Source: Harriotta raleighana (taxonomy: Eukaryota). Taken from it: a stretch of 64,000 nucleotides of DNA. The stretch covers positions 1,927,871 to 1,991,870 of the forward strand of contig JBNZDD010013681.1 in NCBI GenBank assembly GCA_050575255.1, read 5' to 3'. Within the stretch, counting starts at the first letter, position 1; each line of letters starts with the position of its first letter. Positions 1 to 13,950 of this stretch are shown one piece after another. The notes beneath the pieces are model-generated. The model was not told where the DNA came from and did no database searches. It saw only the letters and a program-made list of their open reading frames with translations. Made by a program: the position numbers and the translations under genes.

Positions 1-1201
1 AAATGCCCCAGCAAGCTTTCAAAATGACAAGAGAGTTTCTAGAGAGTAAATCAAATCTAATGTTTTTTGCTCATCTTTGGTAAGTATATGTATTCTGCAA
101 GCTGCAACCAGGGCAATAGTTCAATGAACAGCTTTTCTTCCACATCCCCAATCTAAGGCACTCTGCAAACAATTACATTTATGCCAAGCAAAATACATTG
201 ATTAGATTTAGCACCATGTCTCTCTCACTCAATAGGAACAGGCGATTAAAGATTCAGCCACAAACAAAAGCATTAAATCAATTTTATAAATCTATGATAA
301 TCAAAGTTTCTAAGTGCAATTTTTAAAAACCAATGTTCATTTAGATTAGCTTTGTTAAAGTTAAACTGATTCATTCCTGCTTTTAAGTCATTTTGTGGTA
401 CATCCATTGGTCGTCTGCCCCAAATGTGGCTGCTCTTTAAACAAATCAATAGAGTACTGATTTTCAACTCTGAGGATGTGGACACATTATATATTACCAG
501 ATTTCTCTGGAAGGTGACATTTTATAGAATGTGTGCTTTCCACGAGTACCCTCTAGTCTACTACCACAATAATTTGAATATTTGATAAAATATTGTAAGA
601 AATGATCCAAGTAATCCTAAAAAAACTCTGAATTTGATAGAGTGCCATAACACGTTGTTGAGACATCTCAAAGCACTTTACAGCATTTACTGCAAAGTAT
701 AGTGACTATGTATTTTGTGGGCTAAATAGGGATAAAAAAAAGCAATTTGATAATTAAATCCGGGCTGGGACATTTCAATCTATCCAAATTTGTCTGGCCA
801 TTACCAATTTGCATCGCAGATAATATACACTGGTTAGTTTAATTGAATGGAGCTTTGTGTTTCTTTAAAATAACATTTAAAAAACTTTAGCAAACATACA
901 TTAACATAACAGGAAGAGTCATCTTACATAATGTCCAGTCAGCACTTAAAATGCACTGATATTTTATACTTGTGCATTGAGTACGTAAAACTAGACTAAA
1001 TTAGGATTTTAAATGAGAGAGTTGGAATGGAAAGTCAACTACTGTATAACTGTCTGGTGAGAATAAATAAGCAATCATTTCTGTGCAGAATATTCTCTCA
1101 GTGGGCAGTGAAGTAGGGTGCTGCTTTGGTGAACATTTGTCCTTATAGGTTCTGAAGTCGGTAAACTGGTAGTTCAAAGAAAATAAATCCAGATAAGATC
1201 A

Positions 1202-1291
<90 letters not shown>

Positions 1292-2109
1292 TTACAAGTT
1301 TAGAAAAATGAGTGATTAAAGAAATAGTATCCCATTCCCTCAACGTTAGCTGCATATAAAATAAATAATATTTAGTTAACATTTGCACAATTCAACCCAA
1401 CCAGATCAAACTCTTTCTTAAAAGAATTACTTAGAATGTGCTTTATTTAAAATGTAGGTGCATTCTGTTCACCCAGGTGAATAGTTACAGAAGGCATTTG
1501 ATACTTTCTACCACATAAAAAACACACTGAATTGAAAAGGTTGAAAACTGTTTGAGAAATCAATATTTTTGAGTTGATCAAAAAGAACCTAAGGAGACTG
1601 AAAACAGTTTTATAATATAATATGCCTTTTATAATATGCTTTGCAACCTAGTTGGAGGATATTTCCTTTTTGATCCATAAAAATAACAGTAAAGGTCAGC
1701 AATAACGTCAGTAAGCTCACAATTTTGTTGCTGCGTTGCCCCTGCAGAAAATATCTTTGTCTCATCCTACAGAATGCAAATTCTGCTGTGGCAGACAGCA
1801 GGATGCTCAGGACATATTTGAGATAAACCAAGACTCTACCCTGACAGTCTCATTTGCCCATGTGAATGTTTTCCAGGTCCACTCTGTCTTGTTCTAATGC
1901 CTCAAGCTTAGCTTATTTAAATCTCTTTATTGTAGCTGTAAGTAATAATTCCCTCTCCAAACTGCTGAGAGTATTCTTTATGTCAGGATTAGGTTCAATG
2001 TTACTGAACCCCCACATTTTGGTGATTATGTTATTTTCCAATAAAAGGCAATACACAGAGAGACTAACCACTTCATCAGTAAGTGATAATGATCCTTGCA
2101 ATTGATATA

Positions 2110-3176
2110 CAGTAAAATCTTGTTTATCCGTGACTCTATGAACCGGAAATCCCGTTCAACTGCCATCTCAAAAAAAAAGTCCCAATTCGATGAACCGGAA
2201 ATTATCCAGCAAATAGTGATGACGCGTTTAATGAATGGATTGTCGCACGCGAGTACTAGCGCAGGTATTTGTGACTGGTCGCTTGGTGGGTCTAAACTGG
2301 TGAGACGGTTAGAGGGAATCAAGACGCTCACAGAGTCCTGAGCAGCGCTGGATCCTATGCTTTGGTTGAAATGCAGCCAATTACAAGTGAGAGAGACACA
2401 TAAACACACAGGCACAGATAGGGAGACACACAGACACAGATAGAGAGACACACATACAGAGACACAGAGAGAGAGAGACACACACTCAGATTCAGAGAGG
2501 GAAGGAGAGGGAGACACATACAGACACAGAGAGANCACACAAACACACAGGCACAGATAGGGAGACACACAGACACAGATAGAGAGACACACATACAGAG
2601 ACACAGAGAGAGAGAGACACACACTCAGATTCAGAGAGGGAAGGAGAGGGAGACACATACAGACACAGAGAGACAGAGAATCACACAGACACAGAGAGAG
2701 AGACACGCACAGAGATACATAGACAGAGAGAGAGAAAGACGGGGAGAGAGACAGAGAGAGACACACACAAACATAGACAGAGAACGACACAAACATAGAC
2801 AGAGAGCGACACATGTACACACACAGAGGGAAAGAGACAGAGAGAGAGAGACACACACACAGACACACAACAGACAGAGAGAGAGACACACACACATAGA
2901 CAGAGAGAGGCACACACACAGACACAAGAAAGACAGAGAAAGAGATTGCTCCTGCTCCTTTTAAAAGTCGCTTTTTTTTGCCTCTGTCGGGTGAGGTCTG
3001 CGATTGCGAAGTTAAGTTAAAATAATAAAGTACTAATACAATATTCTGTTATTATTTAGTCTATTACTAATAATATGGTATGTGTTAAACTAATTTTAAA
3101 AAAATTTCAACCGGAAAAAACGTTTAACCCCCACTGGCCAGGTCCCATGGGTGCTGGATAAACCAAGGTTTTACTG
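2110..3176. mobile_element. Tc1/mariner-pogo-type MITE (subfamily A) carrying an internal microsatellite
   Basis: TA-CAGTAAAATCTTGTTTATCC ... GGATAAACCAAGGTTTTACTG-TA. Internal similarity to 4041-4671 and 47255-48054. Confidence 0.9.
2388..2944. repeat. Compound (CA)n/(GA)n low-complexity repeat
   Basis: Mixed CA/GA dinucleotide runs that produce the spurious SL/CV-rich ORFs 2026..2925 etc. N at 2535 with a local duplication. Confidence 0.95.
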
Positions 3177-3479
3177 TACTGCCTTTCACATCTCAAAATG
3201 GTTCACACGATTGTGACTGTGTATTTTGTAGGCAAAGTGATACTTAAGTAACTAGAGCATAACTCCCAGAGAATTTATAGTGCTGTACTCTACTCAGAAA
3301 ACTTTTCAGCTCTTTCACCTTTCAGATGAGCCAGAAATACTGCAAGAAGAAACACTAAAATAACAATTACTGGAAGTGAATAAAACTTTCCAAACTATTA
3401 TTTATCTATATTTCACAACGTGTAACAAACATTATAAAATGCAATTAGCTCATATATCTGCAAGATACATAGTGCTTTA

Positions 3480-4040
3480 TTATCTGACTTGCTTTCTCCC
3501 CACTCCACTATCTCTGCTCAACTGGGTCTGATCTCCTGCTTATCCCTTGTTCCCTTCACTATGCTCTAAATCTTTGGAACTTTCTCCTTTAATCCCTCCA
3601 ACTTGTCCCTTCTTTTAAATCATGACTGAAGATCTTCCTCTTCGACCAAGGTTATCATCACTTCCAGCTCGGGATCAGAGTGTTAAGCGCTCTAAGACCT
3701 TGCCCCACATCTCACCAGTTCTGGCCAGGCTCCACTGTCTCCTCTTCAACGAATGGATCGGCTTCAAGATCCTCACATTTGTGTTTAAATCCATCCATTC
3801 CCTGGTACCTCACTACCTCTCTGACTTCTTCACTCCCCAATCCACCCCCGGTGCCTCCGCTCAACTGACACCAGCCTCTTGGAACTCTCTGCCTGCTGCA
3901 AAACTTTCCTCTTTGACCTACTATGAGCCATCTATCCGCCTCACCTTTCTGCCCTCACCCCTGTGGCTCATCCGTAGACCCCATCCCCACCTCAGGACTG
4001 TCCCAGTGAGTTAAGACATCCTCCCGTTAAGCGCTATATA
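3480..4040 (+). mobile_element. Degraded L2-clade LINE 3' fragments
   Basis: ORF 3622..4014 contains HISPVLARLHCL...IGFKILTFVFKSIHSLVPHYLSD, an L2 ORF2 C-terminal motif. Ends in the GCGCTATA tail, which is interrupted by a MITE. Confidence 0.8.
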
Positions 4041-4671
4041 CAGTAAAACCCTGTTTATCCGTGACTCGATGAACCAGAAAATCCGTTGAACCGGAACCTC
4101 GAAAAAAAAGTCCTGATTCGATAAACTGGAAGTTATCCGGCAAAATAGTGATGACGCATTTAATGAATCGATTGTCGCACATGAGTACTGGTGCAGGTAT
4201 TTTGGCTGGCCGCTAGTCGAGTCTAAACTTGCTCCTGCTCTGTTTAAATGTCGCGATAACTGCCGTTTTTTTTAAAGTCACCTTTTTGCCATTTTGTTTT
4301 TCTTTCACTGCTGCGAAGTTAAGTATAAATAATAAAGTACTAATACAATATTCTGTTATTATAGTATCTGTTATTAGTGTATTTAGTCTATTATTTATAA
4401 AATATTGTTTAACATTTACAATAAAATAGCCATACAATATTCTGTTATTTTTACAGTATCTGTCATTACTGTATTTACTCTATTATTTATATGGTACAGT
4501 GTACAACATTTACAATAAATACCCATACAATATTATTATCTGTTATTATTTAGTCTATTATTAATTTTTTTTTTTTTTTTCCAATATATTTTAAAAAAAA
4601 CGTTCAACCAGAAAACCATTTAACTGCCACTGGCCATGTCCTGTGGGTGCCGGATAAATGGGGTTTTACTG
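4041..4671. mobile_element. MITE (subfamily A) inserted in an L2 tail
   Basis: TA-CAGTAAAACCCTGTTTATCCG ... CGGATAAATGGGGTTTTACTG-TA. Removing it restores GCGCTATATAAATGTAATTTT. Confidence 0.92.
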
Positions 4672-5289
4672 TAAATGTAATTTTATACTGTATTATTACA
4701 GACTTTATAAAATGCTACTAGGTCATTCATCTGCATTTCACAATGTTGCCAAGACTAGTTGTGATGACGGCAAAATGAAAAATGATTAAAACCAGAAATC
4801 TTGGCTTGAAAATAAGAAGGGTTTCTACACTTTAAGATGTGAGCATATTAATCTTCATTTGAGCATTCTACCTAGCACTATTAGAAATTACATAAAGTAA
4901 AGGATTGTCTGGTTTCTATAAGTTATCCATTCATGTATGATATGCAATTTGCAGAGAGACCAAGAGCCACAATAACAACAACTTGCATTTATAAAGTGCC
5001 CTCCACGCCGGGCAGGGAGGACTTTGAAATATAGGTGCAGATGGAATATATATACACAGGATATAAAAAATGATTCCTATGTTAATAGCATATAAGGGAG
5101 TGAGTTGCACAGTTTGCTCATTAATAAAAGTTTTCCTGTATCCGAGTAAATAGCTTGCAGCATTCGATTATGCAAGCGTTCTGTTTTGAAAGCTTGTGAA
5201 AATAGAAAAAAGGAGGGATAATTGAGGATTAACTTTCCAGGAAGATAGAAAACTATTATAAAGTCAAGCTGGTGCCGATGCTGTCAATT

Positions 5290-5950
5290 TATGCTTGTGG
5301 TGGCTGTGTGTCACTGGGATGTATCAGTGTGACACTGGCAATGTCAGTGGTCACTGGAGTGCCTGTTAATGTGTCACTAGAGCGCACGTCAGTATCATTG
5401 GTGTCACGAGCTAAATGTCTCAGTGTCACCACGTATGTGTTAGTGTGCACTGGCAAGTGTGTCAGTATGTCACTGTCATGGATCAGAAAAAAAACAATAA
5501 TAAGAATCCTTGCATTTGAAATTGCGCTTTTCACGTCTTCTAGAAGTCTCAAAGCACTTCACAGAATATACTGTGAAGTGAATTGACTGAATACTTATGG
5601 GTGAAATGCGGCAGCCAATTGTGCACAGCAGTGTCCCACAAACAGTCGTGGGTTGAAAATGACCAATTAGATTTTTTTTGGGGAGGGATTATTGTCAGAT
5701 AATGTCAGATATCACTGGCATATGCATCAGTGTGTCATGGTGTGTAACTGACGTGTATCAGTGTGTCACTGGGCATATGTCAGTTCACCATTAAGACGTG
5801 TCAGTTTATGGCATTAGAATATATCAATATGTCAATGGAATCAGTCAGTGGTTACTCACTGGCCACTCACTGGCCTGTGTAGTGTGTCGCTTGCACGTGG
5901 ATTAGCATGTCACTGATGGGTGTCACAAGATAATGGTCACTAGAGTGTAC
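5290..5950. repeat. Degenerate GTGTCACT/GTCAGT-rich tandem repeat, split by a SINE
   Basis: Recurrent gtgtcact(g) and tgtcagt motifs at 5290-5480 and 5700-5950. Confidence 0.65.
5496..5690 (-). mobile_element. DeuSINE-type SINE, 3' part
   Basis: Reverse complement has core CTGTTTGTGGGACACTGCTGTGCACAATTGGCTGCCGC and tail GTGCTTTGAGAC...CGTGAAAAGCGC...ATGCAAGGATT. Confidence 0.85.
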
Positions 5951-6402
5951 GGAGGGGACGTCTCTAACTGAGGCAACATCTGTTGCAGCTGTATGGTGAG
6001 ATTTGTTTTCTGGAAATATTTGACATATGTCAAATATACTTGCATGTCTCGTTCATCAAGTTAGAGATAATATTACCAGAATTTAAATAATCCCTCGGGG
6101 AAACAATAGTCAAATTGTTTTAGAAAAAAAGGTTTCTGAATAATGACGGTTCCTTACTCAAGGAGGTTGTTTTCGTTGTTAAAAACCGTGGTTATTCAAT
6201 ATCTATATCATGTTGCTCAACTCTTTCCATAACCACCAATATGACACAAAGAGAGAATACTATTCAGTGGTGCTAGATCCCAGTTAAAGAATATTAACAT
6301 AATCTTTCCTATTTTTCTATGCCATCTTCCGCATCCCTTTCTGAGATAAAAATGTGTTGTGTTCAAAGGTGTCTTGTTGCTCTGGCTTACTTTAGCTACT
6401 TA

Positions 6403-6582
<180 letters not shown>

Positions 6583-9500
6583 TCAATGAATTAGAGAATC
6601 AGTCCAACCCACATTTATAACCATTTAGGTTGACATATCCACTTATTCTTGCAAACGTTTCTGTCAAAACTCTATGAGTATTCAAAATATGTCTGAAAAG
6701 GTTCCTTATTCCTTTTATAGTTGTCCTTACACGACAAGGTTAACTATAAGCATCAGAATTCCTTATCCTGATAAATATGCACTTCAATGGGCACAGGATT
6801 TCACTTAATAACGTCTTATCACGTCTTCGAAACATCACAAAGCATTTCTTAGAATATACTGTACTATAAAGTGAATTAGCTATTTATATTGCGCGGGAGA
6901 AATTGTTGCTTTATTTAACCTATTAATAGTCATTTTCCCGACTGTTGAGCAACACTCTTTCATTTGCAAGTACAATATTTTCCACTCATTATGTCTGTAC
7001 ATTAAACCTAAGTAAAGAACATAACATTGTTTAAGATTCCTTTAACTGGAACCATTTTACTTATGAATTAACAAGTGACTGTATCATTAGTACACTATCA
7101 TCTTTGCAACCAACCATTCACATGAATAAAAATAAATCACATGTTGAAAATGCTGCCTTCCTAACCTGAATAATTGTCTTTTGTTTTATTTGAGACTAAA
7201 CAAGAACAATCTACTTCAGATAAAAAATAACACACTGACATTTTTCAAATCAGCAGCATTCACTCTTTGAAGAATTTCCAGTCGAGATCTGAATTTGACG
7301 TGATGGAATAATGTGTTTACATATGACAATAGTATTTTCAGACTATAATACAGCCACCTTGTAAAATTTGATGAAATGAAAGCATGTTATCCCTGTGTGC
7401 CTTATTTTATAACTACAGTTGACATTACATTGAACATAAGGGGATTTACCAAAGAATCTTACAGGCAAGTATGTGCAGAAAATGAGCCTCAAAAAGGAAT
7501 AGCAGTCACAAATGATCTTGCTCCCCTGACACACTCACTGTACATTGTCTTCAGCCAATGTAGCAAACATTTCATTGTAAATCTTTTTCTAATTCTTTAG
7601 ACTGAGCCAGGCCTGACTTCTGATTCCCACTTGCTGGTTAGATTACAAATTTAATATTGAGATATCATTTACACTGATTCCGAAATTTCTATTATAAGCT
7701 AGGTAGTAAAAACAATCATTATTTCAACCATAAGTTACATCCTGCATGATACATTATTTGCAAGATTTTGCACTACAGCCCCAAAAGACAGAATTTATTT
7801 AATAGAAACACATCCGAGACAGCACAATTACCGTTATTCTTTGGTTTGTAAATTTCCTAGCAGTCAATTCTCCTTCCATAAACTTCCTGCCGAAACTAAC
7901 AAAGATAAAAGTCATTGGTGCTGCCTAGGCAATTAACAAGCACAACTGTGCTGATATTCCAGGCTTTATATTCTATCTGTATATTAATAAAAAGGAAACC
8001 ATCATGATAACTGTAGACACGAACATTCTCGACAGCCACAAATGGGTTCTGGGTATCATCAAATTCAAGATACTGGAAAAGTGAGCAATAGCAAAGAATG
8101 CCAGTGCTCCTCTGTTGAAGCTCTGTGATGTTGGGAAGCTTACGTGGCAAAGTTATCTTCCTGACAACCCAAATCCTGTTAATGCCTTACAAAGCTCAGA
8201 TGACTTTAGCTTATTATTAAATCTAAATCTTCAAAAAATATTGGGAGTCAAGACAATCAAAACAGCTAATCTGACACATGTAAATACTGTACTCAGGAGC
8301 TGCTTTACATTGTGTTAGTCAAATATGCCTGCATTTCACTGTCATCTGTGAACCTAAATAAACACATTTAAATGATAGTTGTTTTGCACTCTGAATCTAT
8401 TACATAAGGTGTGTAAACAAGTGTGTGTAGTGTGTCTGGAAGTGCCCTTAATTGTGTCATTCAAAACCAAAGGAAAGGTGTTAAAGATTAAGAACCAGTG
8501 AAAAGGATTCTGTAATCTTTTAGATTGGATATTAATTAAATAGGTAGGATACCTGTGATTTCTTCCCATACACGTTTTTAAACAACTTTTACACAAATTG
8601 CATGATAGACCCTTGTCATCACTTTCTCCACCACAAAGAGAGGTCAATAATAATGTAGAAGTCAAGAGATTTCAGCACCAGCTTTTGAAAAATCACCAAT
8701 GTTATGTACTGTGTTTGTACTGAATGAAGAACACATTATTATAGTTATATTTGAGAAAAGGTAACAAGTGTAATAAGGTAATTATAGTGCACTCAAAACT
8801 ATATAATTTTAGAACAATATTATAGTACATTAAAATCACTTTACTAACCATAATATGTTTTCCAAATTTAAAACAAACTGACAATTTAATATATTCCCTA
8901 TGGCTGTCATAACATCAGATTTGCCCTCCCTCCCTTCTCACTCCTCTCTCTAAATCACTCGAGCTTTTTAATCTCTCTAGGACTTGTTCAATTGACAAAA
9001 TTAACAATGAATCCTGATAACATCGTTTGGTATAAATCTTCCAAGAGTCTAGAAAAGGCAGGATTGCGCTGGGACATAATGCGATACACGCTGCAGCAAT
9101 AGATACACAGAAGCAGTACGTAAAGGAATTAATAAATTCTTCCAGAGGACTAAGGCTTTCACTTATTGACAACAAATGCTAATGTATATTGTTGGATTTT
9201 GCTAATAACAAAACACAGCAGGAGCATAGTCCATCACTGTTCATTGTTATAAACCTTAACAACAACTTGCATTTATATTGTGCTCTTCACATGGGATAGC
9301 ACCTCAAAGTCACTTAAATGCACAGTCTTTATGGTGTATCCTACAGTGTATGAAGCACTTTGAGATGTCTTGACAATGTGATAAGGCACAATATCAAATT
9401 CAAGATTATTGTTAATAAAGTGGGATCAGTTAATCATCAATACCACATATGCCATTCAAATTTCTGATTCTGTAATTGCATCTAAAAGGTGTTTGAGGAT

Positions 9501-10019
9501 ACATAGAAGTGGACTTTCAAAGAAAGCTATCAACCAGAGAGAAGGGTTTTGGAGAGGCTGCCAGATAAGCTGGCAAAAATGGAAGTCCAAATGTGTGCTT
9601 GCATCTCCATTCCTTTCATGTTACAGTACAAGAGTTTGACTGTTTTTTTAGCCCCAACCTTTGGAATTCAATCCCACAATCGCTCTACCTTTCCCCCTCC
9701 CTAGCTCCCTTCAAGTCCCGCCTCAAGATCCTCCTCTTTATCTTGCCATCGGTCACTCCCCTGTCCTCCATCCTCCCTGATCCCGACCCCAACTTGGGTC
9801 TGAAAAACTTGGGATCATCCGAGGTACCAGGGCTGTCACTGATTCATCTGGTGCACAAGCTGAGAAGCCGGTTGATTTTGGGGCCTGTCATCAAACTGAG
9901 CCTAGTTCCCTCCTTTTTGAAGATAGTCCAGGTGGGCGGCGAGGACAGGGAGTGGTTGCTTAACTGTTGTTGTTGCTTTTATGGTTATTGTTGTTGTTTT
10001 TGTTGTTGTTGTTGTTTAA

Positions 10020-10583
10020 TCTCCCCACCCCATAACCTCTCCCCCCTTTTTTCTTCTTCCCTCCTTCCCTTTCTCTCCCTCTTTTCTCCCTCTTCCCCCC
10101 CTTTCTCCCCATTTCTCTGATTTTGCCCCCCACCCATCTTCCACTCCCTCTCTCCCCTTGCTCCCCTTTTTCCCCCTCTTCCTCCCTGACTTTGCTTCAC
10201 CCCGTCTTTTCCTCCCTCTCCCTCCTTATCCTCTTTTCCCCTTTCTCCCGTGGCCCCACTTCCACAACTGTTTATGGGACACTGCAATTTGGCTGCCACG
10301 TTTTGCCCAAATATACAGTCGATTTATTCTGCTCTCCTTCCCCCTACCCCTCCCCTTGCCATCTTTCCCCCCTTTCTCCCTTAACCCCACTTCCATGACT
10401 GTTTGTGGGACACTGCTGTGTGCAATTTGGCTGCTGCGTTTTGTCCACAAATATACGGTCAATTTTCCTTCTTTCCTTCCCCCGACCTCTCCCCCACTGC
10501 TCTGATCCCTACTTGACTGCTCAGCACCTTGGGACATCCTCCGGATATGAAAGCCGCTATACAAATAATTTTGTTGTTGTTGA
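10020..10583 (+). mobile_element. Composite retroposon: C/T-rich tracts, two tandem Deu-like cores, L2-type tail
   Basis: Core CTGTTT(A/G)TGGGACACTGC...AATTTGGCTGC at about 10268 and 10399. Tail CCTTGGGACATCCTCC...TGAAAGCCGCTATACAAAT...(TTG)n. Confidence 0.7.
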
Positions 10584-12109
10584 TACGCATTAGCTGTGTG
10601 CCTGACAGTATCGCTGCACCGAAAGGTAGGGATAGTTGGTTACAAAGGAGATGATGTATATACTAAGCACCAACTGTCTATAAGACTATATCTTACATTT
10701 TATAATGTAAGATGAAAATATTCTTAAATCCTGTCTTAATTTAAAAAGCTATCTTTCCGCATTTCTACAGTTGTGATGTCATTGCACATCTACAAGATGA
10801 CATAAAAGGTTCTTGTGAGTTTGCAGAATTACACGTGTCCTTGCTTTGGCACCAACTCATCTTCATTACGGATCCTGGCCAAATAGCCTGCCAAAAATTC
10901 ACTGTCAAAAGCTCACACATGAATAATAGTGCATTTGGCTCACGCCTTGAAGCGAAAGCGGTTTGCATTTAACTGTATTCCATTAGAAGAAAAGTTGGAT
11001 TAGATTCCTTCCACAAAATCTGAAGAAGAAAAAGGTGAGAAAAACACAGCAGGAAATTCTGCTAAAGTATGACGTTTGACTAGTGAGAGAGGTGGGTGGG
11101 AAAGAATGAACAGCATAATGTTCATACATGCTATATGCTGACTCGGATCCACAACTAATTTCAAAAAGGATAAGTCACCAACCAATTATGAACCCATGTA
11201 TTATAGCTGGATATAAAGAACTAGAACTGAGATGATTCAATGGTCTCCTGATTTATTTTGGACTAAACTAAATCAAAATCTTAGCTCCTGTCTGCTCTGT
11301 TCCAACATTCTACAGGGTGACCTCAAAGTTGTGAAATCTTCCTTATTATCTTAAACTTTACACTGAATAAACAGCATTGGATTAGTTCTTTTTAAAAAAC
11401 GCTTTTTAAAATCTTCTAACCCTAGATATGTTATTTAAAAATTCCTGCTTTTAGTGTTTGCATTCTTCGTATTTACAAAGTTAGGTGGGGGTGTGGGAGG
11501 ACAAGGGCAGACAGGCAGAGAGGACATTTGACAAATGCTGTTTCATATAACTACTAATAATCCCTCCAAAAAATTGGTCATTTCAACCCACGACTGTTTG
11601 GAGAGAGAAAAAGAGAGGATAACTGTCGATTTTGTTCTAGTTTTAGTTAAATTTGAACACAAGTAGATCTTAATGAATTGCTTTCATTGTAAACCTTTCT
11701 CTGGATTGAATTGAGTGTGGAGTAAAACCTGTAATTGAAAACTGCAGCTTTGTGCATGTACTTCTGCAGTTGTGTGTCTGAAATTGCCTGAGGTCACTGA
11801 AGAATCCTTATCCTGCCACATCTTAAAGATTGACTGGTAATAGAAGGACTACCAGGCTTGCATCTGTGGTGTCTTATATCACCTCATTAGTTGCTTTCTG
11901 TATCTTTAAACAATGTGGGTACGTGCAGCCTGTTAACTGAATCAACGCTGCTCTACTGCGAGTACTTCAGAGCAGTTCAAACATTTATCCCAATCATTAC
12001 TCAGAGGGAGATCAAGTGAGATTAAGCAGCCACTCCAGGTAGAAATCTCAACAGGCACTCGTTCTCACATTTACATTTATAATCATTTAGGTTGACATAC
12101 TGTGAATCA

Positions 12110-12328
<219 letters not shown>

Positions 12329-12739
12329 CTAGGAAAGAATGCAGAAGCAAGTTGATCAGAATAAATTCATAAGGGCCTTTTTTTAAAAAAAAGTGGCCCC
12401 ACACGTCCCACCATGTCCTATTTCAAAAAGTTAGCATAGATCAAATAATAAATTAATTGAAACAACAACACTACCAAACTGCATTTATACAGCACTGTTT
12501 GTGCATGGAGGATACCTAAAAGACTATAAAAATATCCATGACCTACACAATACAAGCTTAGGGAATCAAGAAGCTAAACATATTGTAGCTTATATAATAA
12601 CCTGCATGCAGTAATATTCTTTTACAAAAATAGTTATCCCTATCCCTGTATCATTGTAGAGCTAAAGATGTCAAACCAAAACAAGCCAGGCTTGCAACAC
12701 ATCCATTTCTACTTTGTCTTCTCCAGCCCCCACACAGTC

Positions 12740-13950
12740 TTGTGCAGGGTTTCTGAGGGCTCGTTTCCCTCCTCTTCAACCTATACATGCACCCTCTTGG
12801 TGACATCATCCACAGACATGGAGTCAACTTTCACACGATCTCAGATAAAGTCTAACTCTCTGCCTCCACATTCAATCCCAGGGCCATTGATGTCACGACA
12901 GATTACCTGTCCGACATCAAGTCCTGAACAAGAGCCAACTTTCTAGAGTTGAACATCAACAAGACCGAGGCCCCCTGATCAGCTCGTGCCAGTGCCTCTG
13001 CAGCTCAGACACTGGAAGCATCACTGGCACCATGGATTCACACTCCACCTCACCAAGCCAGTCAGCAACCCAGGCGTCTTGTTCAACCCTCAACTGTCCT
13101 GTCTCCCCCACATCTAAGCCTGCTCCTCCTTCCCTCACCTCCGCAACATTGCCCGATGCAGCCATAGCCTCACCCCCTCAGGCCACGGAAACCCTCATAC
13201 ATGCCTTCATTACAACCAGGGTCAACTAAACCAACGCCCTGCTTGTCAGCCTTTCCAACTCTTCCCTCCTCAACCTACAGATCATCCAGAACTTTACAGT
13301 TTGTCCTCTCTTGCAACGGGCTCCGTGACCCCATCACATCCACCCTCACCTGGTTCCATTGGCTCCCCATCTTTCAGAGAATTGAGTTCAAAATTCTCAT
13401 CCTCACCGTCATGGTACTCCATGGCCTTGCCCTCTCTTATCTCTGTAACCTCTTAATCCCTCATCAACCTGTCTGCTACCTCTTCAGTAAGTTCTGGCCT
13501 CCTCCATGTCCCCAGTCCACCCCACCGATGGAATTCCACCAGGGTGAGGGAGGTGAGGTTGAAGTTTGGGCCTGCCTTTGCCTTGCTCCCTCCCTTGTCT
13601 CCTTCAGATACGCCTCNATCAGGTGGGATGGAATTCCACCAGGGTGAGGGAGGTGAGGTTGAAGTTTGGGCCTCCCTTTGCCTTTGCCTTGCTCCCTCCC
13701 TTGTCTCCTTCAGATACGCCTCAAGGCTNGATGGAATTCCACCAGGGTGAGGGAGGTGAGGTTGAAGTTTGGGCCTGCCTTTGCCTTGCTCCCTCCCTTG
13801 TCTCCTTCAGATACGCCTCAAGGCTCTCTTCTTCGACAGTGCCTTTGGCCAACCTCCCTGATCCCAAACCCCCCACCGATCGGGCCGTAGTCCTTGACTG
13901 TTCAGAGCCAACGTGAAAGGCGCTTTACAAATGTAATTTTGTACTGTATT
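12740..13950 (+). mobile_element. Degraded 5'-truncated L2-clade LINE (RT C-terminal region and 3' tail)
   Basis: Frames give ETLIHAFITTRVN and [28 protein letters not shown]. Tail CGTGAAAGGCGCTTTACAAATGTAATTTTG. Three local copies of about 100 nt around Ns at 13617 and 13729. Confidence 0.88.

Noticed and set aside
2026-2925. 299-aa ORF, the longest in the track, and overlapping SL/CV-rich ORFs
   Set aside because: They are translations of a CA/GA microsatellite inside a MITE and span an N; no protein domain.
9593-10600. Cluster of 90-175 aa ORFs on both strands
   Set aside because: Low-complexity C/T-rich and (TTG)n retroposon sequence that lacks stop codons by composition.
13528-13826. 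Three tandem units of about 100 bp resembling a repeat array
   Set aside because: Each junction is a single N within an L2 fragment, and there are no unique spacers; assembly overlap.
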